Positions 36,432 through 43,952 of a DNA stretch of 64,000 nucleotides are shown piece after piece. The position numbers and the translations under genes are program-made. Numbering within the stretch: the stretch's first letter is position 1; every line of letters begins with the position of its first letter. The notes beneath the pieces were generated by a model. It was given only the letters and a program-made list of their open reading frames with translations, did not search any database and was not told the origin of the DNA. Origin of the DNA: a virus. Lineage: Duplodnaviria; Caudoviricetes. The stretch spans positions 47,290 to 111,289 of the IMG/VR virus record IMGVR_UViG_3300044656_000027, one strand, 5' to 3'.

Positions 36432-36515
36432 TGGTAGCGGAGGCGGGATTTGAACCTCTTTGTGCGATCTCTAGCTTATGAGGCTAGCGAGATGACCTAG
36501 CTTCTCTACTCCGCG
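36432..36515 (-). tRNA. Initiator-like tRNA-Met(CAT) with T-stem insertion
   Basis: C1:A72 mismatch; encoded CCA; ctagc-CTCATAA-gctag. Confidence 0.75.
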
Positions 36516-36517
36516 AG

Positions 36518-36589
36518 TACCGGGAGTGGGAATCGAACCCACGACGACAAGGTTATGAATCTTGCGTTCTACCATTGAACTATCCCGGC
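36518..36589 (-). tRNA. tRNA-Met(CAT) elongator (or Ile2)
   Basis: Loop TTCATAA. Confidence 0.82.
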
Positions 36590-36599
36590 AAAAGATATG

Positions 36600-36672
36600 T
36601 GCCGCCTGTAGGACTCGAACCTACGACCTGTCGGGCTTCAACCGACCGCTCTTCCAACTGAGCTAAAGCGGC
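36600..36672 (-). tRNA. tRNA-Phe(GAA)
   Basis: gtcgg-TTGAAGC-ccgac. Confidence 0.9.
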
Positions 36673-36746
36673 AATACGAGTAATTACTATGTTTAGTACC
36701 CTAGTCCATTATATTTAGCGGTATTTACTAGTCTATTACTCAAACT

Positions 36747-36821
36747 TGGTCGTCTTTGTGGGGCTGGACCCACTCCTCTGCCCTCCCACGGACAGTGTGC
36801 AACCGGTTACACCATTAGACG
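36747..36821 (-). tRNA. Degenerate tRNA-Pro-like gene with 8-nt anticodon loop
   Basis: C1, A73, CCA; ctgtc-CGTGGGAG-ggcag; aberrant T loop. Confidence 0.45.
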
Positions 36822-36826
36822 ATAAG

Positions 36827-36898
36827 TCGGGTACCGGGGAATCGAACCCCGTTTATCCTGATCCCAAATCAGGCGGATTACCATCTTCCTCGTACCCG
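36827..36898 (-). tRNA. tRNA-Pro(TGG)
   Basis: cctga-TTTGGGA-tcagg. Confidence 0.9.
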
Positions 36899-36955
36899 AG
36901 GGCTCATAGGACGGAAGGGAAACATCCTATGAGCTTTTCGAAAGGAGGCAAGATC

Positions 36956-36984
36956 AGTATAACTCATCTTCTTCCTTAATGCAA
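36956..36984 (-). promoter_or_regulatory. Promoter at head of tRNA array
   Basis: TTGCAT-N17-TATACT. Confidence 0.65.
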
Positions 36985-37126
36985 ATCAAGTCTTACGATA
37001 CTGCTTAACGTGCTTATCGCACATCTTGCGCCATTCTCCTTTGAACCATACTAGCTCAGCCGCCTTGTTATGGCAAGCTCTGAACCAGCATTGCTTACCG
37101 ACTGGATAGTATTTAAAAGGCATGAC

Positions 37127-37351
37127 TTACAGTAGCACGGTCGCCACATCGTTGTCAACGTGTGCGATAAGGATCTCACCAGAACGCAAGCTTAGTCTGA
37201 TACCGATTTCGTCCTTGGTGGGCTCTACGTGCTCCCATACTATATTCCAGCCGCCTTGCTTGTCAAGCTGTTCCTCTGTGACGTACAGATGACCACCAAG
37301 TTGCTTGATAGCCGCTACAAGCATTCTAGCTAACTGTTGCTCCGTTGTCAC
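37127..37351 (-). CDS. Hypothetical protein
   Basis: Coupled small ORF. Confidence 0.5.
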   Translation of the reverse strand: MTTEQQLARMLVAAIKQLGGHLYVTEEQLDKQGGWNIVWEHVEPTKDEIGIRLSLRSGEILIAHVDNDVATVLL

Positions 37352-37538
37352 GCTTGCTCATCTCCCGAACTGTGCGGTTAAGGTGTTCGTTGGCCTCTAA
37401 GACCTCTGAGAAATGGCTCTGTGCCGCCTTACAGGCGATTTGAGCTACCTCATGGACGAATGTGTTCTCGTCTGGAGTATAGGGCTTTAGAGAGGCTGTC
37501 AGAGCATCTAGGATCTCTGTGAATAGTTCGTTCTTCAT
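37326..37538 (-). CDS. Hypothetical protein
   Basis: Coupled small ORF. Confidence 0.5.
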   Translation of the reverse strand: MKNELFTEILDALTASLKPYTPDENTFVHEVAQIACKAAQSHFSEVLEANEHLNRTVREMSKRDNGATVS

Positions 37539-37539
37539 A

Positions 37540-37728
37540 TTAAAGCTCCGGGTATCTCAACTTCTCGTCATCCGGAACCTCAAGGTTGTCAACTAGCTTC
37601 TCAAGCACAGTTCGGATGTAAACGGTAATTCCTAAGCCAAGCTTATCTGCTTCCTTCTGCAAACGCTCAAGAGTGTTCTTGTGCAACCGCAGAGAGCGGG
37701 ATACCATGGCCTTGCTTTCCTGACTCAT
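37540..37728 (-). CDS. Ribbon-helix-helix DNA-binding protein
   Basis: SRSLRLHKNTLERLQKEADKLGLGITVYIRTVLE. Confidence 0.7.
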   Translation of the reverse strand: MSQESKAMVSRSLRLHKNTLERLQKEADKLGLGITVYIRTVLEKLVDNLEVPDDEKLRYPEL

Positions 37729-37743
37729 TCTTCTCCTATCGAT

Positions 37744-38208
37744 TTATGAGGTTGGTGCAGGAAGAGCAAGTGTAGCACAGATTACCAGAGCTACTGCAAC
37801 GATTGAGACAGCGAATGTCTGTACCAGAGCAGTCTTCCAACCCAGATCCTCCTTCTTCATGTACGCTACCACAAAGGTCATACCAATGTAAATACCAACA
37901 GCAGACCAGAGGGCTACTGTTCCTCCTATGAACGCAAAAGGTATCACAGGAGCGAAACAGCCTATAGCAGTAAAGATACCCATATAAGTAGCAGAACGTA
38001 GTCTAGTTCTCTTGGGTATAGACTTATCTGAGGATAGATATTCTCCTAGTCCCATAGAGATAGCTGAACTAACAGCTAATCCTATACAAGTAACAAAGAC
38101 TAGTACATGAGAGAAAGCTAATAGAGGGATTAATACTCCTAGTAAAGAAGTTAATCCATCAAACATTCCAAATATAGAAGGCTTAAGTAAGTCTTTATCT
38201 ATCTTCAT
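37744..38208 (-). CDS. VIT1/CCC1-family Fe/Mn transporter
   Basis: IFGMFDGL...SAISMGLGEYLS...GCFAPVIPF; about 5 TM helices. Confidence 0.85.
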   Translation of the reverse strand: MKIDKDLLKPSIFGMFDGLTSLLGVLIPLLAFSHVLVFVTCIGLAVSSAISMGLGEYLSSDKSIPKRTRLRSATYMGIFTAIGCFAPVIPFAFIGGTVALWSAVGIYIGMTFVVAYMKKEDLGWKTALVQTFAVSIVAVALVICATLALPAPTS

Positions 38209-38233
38209 AACTATCTTTCTAATATAAATATTA

Positions 38234-38296
38234 AGGGTAGCAGAGAGTGGTACATCTGTCAAGTCCTTGACTTTGTACTACGATCTCTGGTAGAGT
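38234..38296. promoter_or_regulatory. Back-to-back divergent promoters
   Basis: Minus TTGACA-N17-TACCCT; plus TTGACT-N18-TAGAGT; at the strand switch. Confidence 0.65.
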
Positions 38297-38346
38297 CTAC
38301 CTAACGGGGGAAGTGGTGGGGGTACACCAATGATAGAAGGTCAACA

Positions 38347-38538
38347 ATGGCTCTTGGTAACTATCGTAGCGTAGAAGATTGCAGCTACGGAAAGATTGGT
38401 CCTTGTCTCTTGAAGAGTCATCCTCAAGAGCATAAGCTAGAGGCTACATGCCTTAATGCTATGTCTGGTTTCTTCTACAATCAGGGCAATTTCGGAAAGA
38501 CATTCCAGCAATTCTTGGATGCAGTAAGAAAGAAGTAA
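38347..38538 (+). CDS. Hypothetical protein
   Basis: First ORF after promoter. Confidence 0.5.
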   Translation: MALGNYRSVEDCSYGKIGPCLLKSHPQEHKLEATCLNAMSGFFYNQGNFGKTFQQFLDAVRKK

Positions 38539-38540
38539 TA

Positions 38541-38960
38541 ATGGAACGCTTGGGACAGAAGAACCAAAGCTCCTATTATTCTAAACCGATTACACGGATA
38601 CACGCTGACTTCAACGGTATCTGTGCTTTATGCGGTGGATATGTGGAGCTTAAGGATGCATCCCGAGACCATATCATCCCTCGCTCAGAAGGCGGGGGTA
38701 ATGGCCGGGATAACATTCAATTAACGCACAAGAAGTGCAATAACCTAAAGGGTAACGTCGTTTACCCGAAGAATTGGCAAGAACAGCTCCAGCGGGAGAT
38801 GGTGATCCCACAGGGATATCGCTGCCGTTACTGTGAAATGCCGATTACCAATCAGCATAAGAAGCACAAGTGGGTAGTCAAGGTTATGAGCCATAAGGGT
38901 CATGTAGAGGCGCTGCACTCTTGGTGTAACGAAGAGAGGATCAAGTATGGTAAGCGTTGA
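38541..38960 (+). CDS. HNH endonuclease
   Basis: CALCG...DHIIPRSEGG...NIQLTHKKCNNLKG. Confidence 0.88.
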   Translation: MERLGQKNQSSYYSKPITRIHADFNGICALCGGYVELKDASRDHIIPRSEGGGNGRDNIQLTHKKCNNLKGNVVYPKNWQEQLQREMVIPQGYRCRYCEMPITNQHKKHKWVVKVMSHKGHVEALHSWCNEERIKYGKR

Positions 38961-39138
38961 TGAAATTCGCAATATGACCATGTCCGAGTATGCTATTTGG
39001 CGCAATACTGTGCTTATTCCTACTGGAGACTATACAGAAATCAAAGATTATGATTATTATCGTGAATTGTATGTCACCACAGGAGACTGGCGCTATTTCT
39101 ATTCAATGCTAGAGAAAGTAGACCCAAATGGCTGGTAA
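38947..39138 (+). CDS. Hypothetical protein
   Basis: Coupled ORF. Confidence 0.5.
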   Translation: MVSVDEIRNMTMSEYAIWRNTVLIPTGDYTEIKDYDYYRELYVTTGDWRYFYSMLEKVDPNGW

Positions 39139-39667
39139 TACGCCAATAATGCTATTAGACGTTGACGGACCACTTAATCCTTATGCGGCTAAGGCAAATA
39201 AGCGTCCAGAGGGCTATACAGTCCATAGAATGACTCCAACCGGCTGGGAAGACAATCCTTTGCACGTTTGGCTCAATCATTCAATGGGTGCGCAGCTAAA
39301 AAGCCTTGGATATGAGATTATTTGGGCTACAACTTGGGCTAAGGATGCCAACGAGTGGATTTCTCCGCACATTGGCCTTCCTACGGACCTAGAGTGCATC
39401 GAATGGGGTCCACATGGAGCAGAGATCGAGCAACCGGGTCTTAGAAAGCTCTATTGGAAGACTCCGCAGATCGCAGCCTGGATGCATGAGCATTATCCGG
39501 ATCGTCCGTTCATTTGGGTGGATGATGAGGCTTTCAAGAAGGATGAGAAATATTTGAAGTCAAAGCTAGGCCAGCCTTTGAAGGTTTTCACCATTAATCC
39601 TGCAAAGGGCATTGATGATGACGATTTAAAGGACTTCAAGGACTGGAAGGACGATTTGGGTGGCTAG
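39128..39667 (+). CDS. HAD-superfamily phosphatase (RNA-repair-associated type)
   Basis: LLDVDGPLNP, WATTW, K, FIWVDD. Confidence 0.82.
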   Translation: MAGNTPIMLLDVDGPLNPYAAKANKRPEGYTVHRMTPTGWEDNPLHVWLNHSMGAQLKSLGYEIIWATTWAKDANEWISPHIGLPTDLECIEWGPHGAEIEQPGLRKLYWKTPQIAAWMHEHYPDRPFIWVDDEAFKKDEKYLKSKLGQPLKVFTINPAKGIDDDDLKDFKDWKDDLGG

Positions 39668-39851
39668 ATTCAGTGAGGAGGAGGTATTTACCCTCCTCCT
39701 TCTGGTTAATTACGAGAAGAATCAGGTTTTGGACAACTCTCGGGAAGCTTACGTGCCTGAATATGTTGGCCATTTGACTAATCTCGGTGAAAAGTTGAAC
39801 AGATATTACGATAAGCACTATCCAGAGGACGAATACGATGGCGGACATTGA
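39660..39851 (+). CDS. Hypothetical protein
   Basis: Coupled ORF. Confidence 0.45.
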   Translation: MARFSEEEVFTLLLLVNYEKNQVLDNSREAYVPEYVGHLTNLGEKLNRYYDKHYPEDEYDGGH

Positions 39852-40026
39852 CAGAAGAGCCTTTAGAAGTTTCACTTACCGCAAATGTCGTGCGGAATGG
39901 GACGCTGAGAAGGGTTTGTGGGTTACAGCAGACCCAAATGGCCATCATTTGATCAGTTCTTCTGACAAAGACGGCATTAAGAGTTATCTCGATGATTATT
40001 TGGAGGTATATTATGAGCTTGTTTAA
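39838..40026 (+). CDS. Small hypothetical protein
   Basis: Coupled ORF. Confidence 0.5.
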   Translation: MADIDRRAFRSFTYRKCRAEWDAEKGLWVTADPNGHHLISSSDKDGIKSYLDDYLEVYYELV

Positions 40027-40177
40027 CAAGGACGCGTTTAACTACAAGGGTTATAGCATTTACAAGGACCCTGAGAACGGTAAATGGATAATCCGTAAGG
40101 GTGGCCGCTATGGTGTAAACGTCGATCAGGCGGATAGTAAGGACCAGGCCAAGCGTATTGTGGATAACTTGACGTAA
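40013..40177 (+). CDS. Small hypothetical protein
   Basis: GGAGG RBS; start trimmed. Confidence 0.55.
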   Translation: MSLFNKDAFNYKGYSIYKDPENGKWIIRKGGRYGVNVDQADSKDQAKRIVDNLT

Positions 40178-40211
40178 ATTGGACTTATAAATCAAAGGAT
40201 CGGAAGAGGCA

Positions 40212-40379
40212 ATGAGAAAGCCGGATATCCATTACAGAGGTTTTACTATGTCGTGGAACGAATATCAAGGTTACTGGGCTATCTATAAGGATGGCGAGAG
40301 TATGTCCTGGAAGTCAAAGCCTAATGAAGCTGACGCCAAGAGGGCAATCGATAAGTATTTGAAGGGTGAAGACGACTGA
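40212..40379 (+). CDS. Small hypothetical protein (55 aa)
   Basis: MRKPDIHYRGFTMSWNEYQGYWAIYKDG...; TGATG-coupled to next gene; not in ORF track. Confidence 0.55.
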   Translation: MRKPDIHYRGFTMSWNEYQGYWAIYKDGESMSWKSKPNEADAKRAIDKYLKGEDD

Positions 40380-40987
40380 TGAAGTATTTTATTGACACCG
40401 AGTTCCTTGAGAACGGCATTACTATTAAGCCGATCTCTATTGGAATCGTCCGAGAGGACGGCGAAGAGTATTATGCCGTTAATTCAGACCTTAGTTTGAT
40501 GGAAAGAGCCTATGAACACCCATGGCTCAATAAGAATGTCCTGTGTCATCTTCCGCTTTTCGTGGATTATGATGGTGATCTGGTCTGGGATCAGTCCCAC
40601 GAGGACTTCAAGAACGTAAAGTCTCTTGCACAGATCGCGGATGATGTGAAGTATTTCATTAGCCAGGACGCTCAGCCAGAGCTCTGGTACTACTATGGTG
40701 CTTATGCCCACGTTGTTCTTGCCCAGTTGTTCGGGACTATGGTACATATGCCTATGGGTATCCCACAGTGGGGACATGAGCTGATGCAGGAGATTGAGAA
40801 GGAGCGTGGATTCACCCCCAAGGCGCAGCTTGAAGGGGCTCACAACGCTCTAGCAGACGCTCGGTGGACCAAGAGCGTATATGACGACATTGAGCACCGG
40901 AGAATGGCTTCTGCGGTCATGGGTGGAAAGGCTCTTCCTATTCCTGCTTTTCCAACCGCAAACCCCGGAAGAACACGAATGTGGTAG
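40379..40987 (+). CDS. DEDDh 3'-5' exoribonuclease, Rv2179c/RNase AS-like
   Basis: YFIDTEF...ISIGIV.EDG.EYYAV...HNALADAR. Confidence 0.88.
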   Translation: MKYFIDTEFLENGITIKPISIGIVREDGEEYYAVNSDLSLMERAYEHPWLNKNVLCHLPLFVDYDGDLVWDQSHEDFKNVKSLAQIADDVKYFISQDAQPELWYYYGAYAHVVLAQLFGTMVHMPMGIPQWGHELMQEIEKERGFTPKAQLEGAHNALADARWTKSVYDDIEHRRMASAVMGGKALPIPAFPTANPGRTRMW

Positions 40988-41174
40988 ACGAAATAGAAGA
41001 GGAAAACATGGGTTACAAGGACAAAGGTAGACCTGAGCGTCTACAAGGTAAAGCTAATCCAAAGAAGGTCATGGTGGCGTGTAACCAGTGTATTCAGGGT
41101 TACCACGACGAATGTCTGGGACTGGCAGCCAACTATGAGCTAAAGTGTCTGTGCGCATGGAATAAGCATAAGTA

Positions 41175-41432
41175 ATGTACATAAAGCGAACAGTGAAAAA
41201 CTGGCTGCTCGGGGGAACCGTTTGTAGAAACTGCTGGCGGTTCCCTTTCGCTTGTACACATATGCCCTGGACTAGAAAGCAGCGTAAAGAAATAACAGCC
41301 AAAGTAGCTAAAGATGGTCCTATGTTTCTCAGGGATGAGAATGGGCAGGCTTATCACAACCCTGCTTGGTTTTATGGAGATGATAGCCCTATTAAAGTTA
41401 GAAAGATGAGGAAACGTGAGCTGGGTGAATAA
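41175..41432 (+). CDS. Hypothetical protein
   Basis: Coupled ORF. Confidence 0.45.
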   Translation: MYIKRTVKNWLLGGTVCRNCWRFPFACTHMPWTRKQRKEITAKVAKDGPMFLRDENGQAYHNPAWFYGDDSPIKVRKMRKRELGE

Positions 41433-41745
41433 CGCTGTAGTCTTCTACGGTATGGAAGAGAAGTACCGCATGGAAGAGGTCAATGACTATCTCCTTGAGC
41501 ACGACCACAGACAGCAGCAATTCCGTATGGGCGACGACTGGTACGGCGGAGTCAAGTTCATGGAAGGCCACGTGTGGGGAGCAGCATTCAACTATGTCAG
41601 CTTCGATACGGTTATGGAAGCCCTCCAAAGTGCCAAGTGGAGATATCCAGAGAAGGTCATTCTCGTCTGGAAGGGTCAAGATGACTTTGAGTGGCGCGTA
41701 TATAAACTCGGAGACGAAGAGATCGTGGAAGAGTATTGGAGATAG
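41416..41745 (+). CDS. Hypothetical protein
   Basis: WYGG.KFME..VWGAAFNY...WRYPE. Confidence 0.6.
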   Translation: MSWVNNAVVFYGMEEKYRMEEVNDYLLEHDHRQQQFRMGDDWYGGVKFMEGHVWGAAFNYVSFDTVMEALQSAKWRYPEKVILVWKGQDDFEWRVYKLGDEEIVEEYWR

Positions 41746-42038
41746 TTATGTGCGGATTATGCAGTGACTATGTAGACTCCTGTGAGATCTGTAAAGAGCT
41801 AAGGCAGTCCAAGAGAAATGTAAACTTTTATATCTTAGATAACTTTTGTGATCATCTCGCTGAGAAATGGGGAACCAGAAGTGCCTCTATGTACTATCAC
41901 GTACAGTACGACCACGGCTGGGAATTCAAGGACGGTTCAGCGTACACATGTGAGGATGAGTGCCTTGAAAATGAGTGGTGGACATACGAAGAACTTGATA
42001 GGGTAATTCAGTCGATACGAAAGGAATACGAGGATTAA
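41736..42038 (+). CDS. Cys-rich hypothetical protein
   Basis: CxxC pairs. Confidence 0.5.
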   Translation: MEIVMCGLCSDYVDSCEICKELRQSKRNVNFYILDNFCDHLAEKWGTRSASMYYHVQYDHGWEFKDGSAYTCEDECLENEWWTYEELDRVIQSIRKEYED

Positions 42039-42239
42039 TGCCGGATAAGCGTGGAGAGAATCCCGTATACAAGAACTACTACACAGGGGATATAACAAGT
42101 GGGGAAGACCGACACAGGAGAGATACGTAAAGCGGTTCGCAGAGTATCTTGACTATGAGGTAGTCTTTCTAGAGGACGGGCTCGTAACTATAACCCTTCC
42201 AAAGGCAGAAGGACGTAAATACACCTTTAAGAGGTACTA

Positions 42240-42554
42240 ATGGCAACTATCACATCTCTCACCAATCCCGATCTATTCCAGAACGCACAAGTACTCCCAT
42301 CGGGCTTTATCTATGTACTGAGCCAGACATCCAACACCTATGCTTTCGGAATAAAGCAGCCTCTCTATCAGATCAGCATCGTCCGACAGAGCGACTCGGC
42401 GACGGTAAACGGAACTCCTTTCTATCCCTCCGATGCTTATCCAGATGCACAGACAATGATCACAGATGAATGTGATAACGTCTACGGCCCGTGGCAGACA
42501 GCATTCAACCAAGACGCAATGACAACGGCAGCAAAAGCCCTAATTGGTTTTTAA
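42240..42554 (+). CDS. Hypothetical protein
   Basis: GAGG RBS. Confidence 0.55.
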   Translation: MATITSLTNPDLFQNAQVLPSGFIYVLSQTSNTYAFGIKQPLYQISIVRQSDSATVNGTPFYPSDAYPDAQTMITDECDNVYGPWQTAFNQDAMTTAAKALIGF

Positions 42555-42562
42555 GGAGAACT

Positions 42563-42706
42563 ATGGCTAAGAACGGCAAGGCAGAAGTAATAAACGGATG
42601 GACCATCAGTCAGTCCAATGGATACTGGCAGGCGGTAAAGAATGGCGTAGTCGGCTTTACAAGTGACAGCTACAACGTAGTAGTCGAATGGGCCAATAGA
42701 AGCTAA
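42563..42706 (+). CDS. Small hypothetical protein
   Basis: AAGGAG RBS; MAKNGKAEVINGW... Confidence 0.55.
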   Translation: MAKNGKAEVINGWTISQSNGYWQAVKNGVVGFTSDSYNVVVEWANRS

Positions 42707-42707
42707 T

Positions 42708-42749
42708 AAAGAAAGACCCCCAATCCTAATCGGAAAGGGGGTCTTTCTT
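42708..42749. terminator. Bidirectional terminator at convergence point
   Basis: aagaaagacccc...ggggtctttctt. Confidence 0.75.
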
Positions 42750-42754
42750 ATGTA

Positions 42755-42940
42755 TTACTTCGGTGGATTCAAAACGATCCAGTAACGGCGCTTGATAGAG
42801 ACAACGGTAAGTGTGTATCCAAGCTTTCGGTGAGTATCAAACTTACCAGCGTTCCAAGGTCCCATGTACTTCTGCATCAGAACCTTCCAAGCCTCATCAG
42901 CACTATCAAAGGACTCCAACCCTACTTGTTCTTTCTTCAC
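42755..42940 (-). CDS. Hypothetical protein
   Basis: GGAGGAG RBS; promoter TTGACG-N17-TAGACT at 42968-42996. Confidence 0.6.
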   Translation of the reverse strand: MKKEQVGLESFDSADEAWKVLMQKYMGPWNAGKFDTHRKLGYTLTVVSIKRRYWIVLNPPK

Positions 42941-42981
42941 GTTGCTCCTCCCCTAGTTGGTGGTACGAGTCTACATGACCT

Positions 42982-43107
42982 CCGATACTGCGTCAAGTCC
43001 CCGGATACTGTACTACGTAAAAATCATGAAGTCCATTCGTTTTACCGATACTGCTTCCAAATTAAAGATACTGTACTACGCGAAAAGTTGTAACTCTATT
43101 CGTTTTA
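42982..43107. repeat. Two imperfect 63-bp tandem units, each with two GATACTG boxes
   Basis: ccgatactgc..gatactgtactacg..attcgtttta repeated at 42982 and 43045. Confidence 0.8.
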
Positions 43108-43532
43108 TCAGGGGCCCCTTCCTACGTGCTCGAATCTTTTAAAGGTAGGGGGGTCTGTATTTCAACGAACTAACAACGGAATTCGTTGTCCTTCTCTAGG
43201 CCAACTAAACGAAATCCGCATAGTTAGGGCACATATTAGAGGGAATTAGTGGTGAATAGGCTCTGGAGTGCAATTACACACCATATTCGGGCATGAATAG
43301 GGGGATACTGCAATTCGTGGGCTATGTAGGGATCTATTCGTGTTGCCTGATATAGGACCAGGGGGAGGCTTAGATCAGTTGGTGCTCTGTATGTCAATCC
43401 ATACTCATGGGTAATATAGAGCAGCACTCACAGTGATAACGGACATATGGTCTGGTATGGCGTCTATGGTGCATGGGTGTGAGTTGACATGTCATCCATG
43501 GGCAACCATTGCAGGTCAGAGGGCATACCAGT

Positions 43533-43581
43533 AGTGGTCTAGACAACATGGTCTGAGATTGGTCTAGTGGTCTATACCTCT
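43533..43581. promoter_or_regulatory. Two DasR-responsive-element (dre)-like boxes
   Basis: AGTGGTCTAGACAACA and AGTGGTCTATACCTCT, each 14/16 to AGTGGTCTAGACCACT. Confidence 0.6.
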
Positions 43582-43952
43582 ACGGAGAGTGAAAATCCTC
43601 TGTAAGCCACGATCTCCCCTGTGTTGGATAGGGAGGACCAGAGAGGCTAAACGATCTCATTAGAGAGCCGTACAGAGCTTTTTGACGTATCTCTGTAGTG
43701 TGTGTTATACGCGTGTGCGTGTGTATGTTGAGCCCGTAGGTGTCATCCATGCTTCCCCCGCCGATTCCCTTCCCCCGCCTTCCCCGCTTGGGTGCCCGCC
43801 TGTGCGTTGGGCGCGCGGTTATCTCATGTGCCATGAGCCTGTGTCAAGAGAGTAGGACTGTCTTTTATGTCACACGAGAAATGGCGTTTGGAGTGTCAGG
43901 CATAGGGCAGGATGGAGGCACAACGACAGAGCAACGCGAGAGGGCAGGGATC

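Noticed and set aside
25938-36898. Suppressor tRNA or stop-codon recoding
   Set aside because: No CTA, TTA or TCA anticodon found; core genes are intact under code 11 and use all three stops.
42982-43581. CRISPR-like array
   Set aside because: Only two long units or short hexamers; no repeat-spacer regularity and no cas genes.
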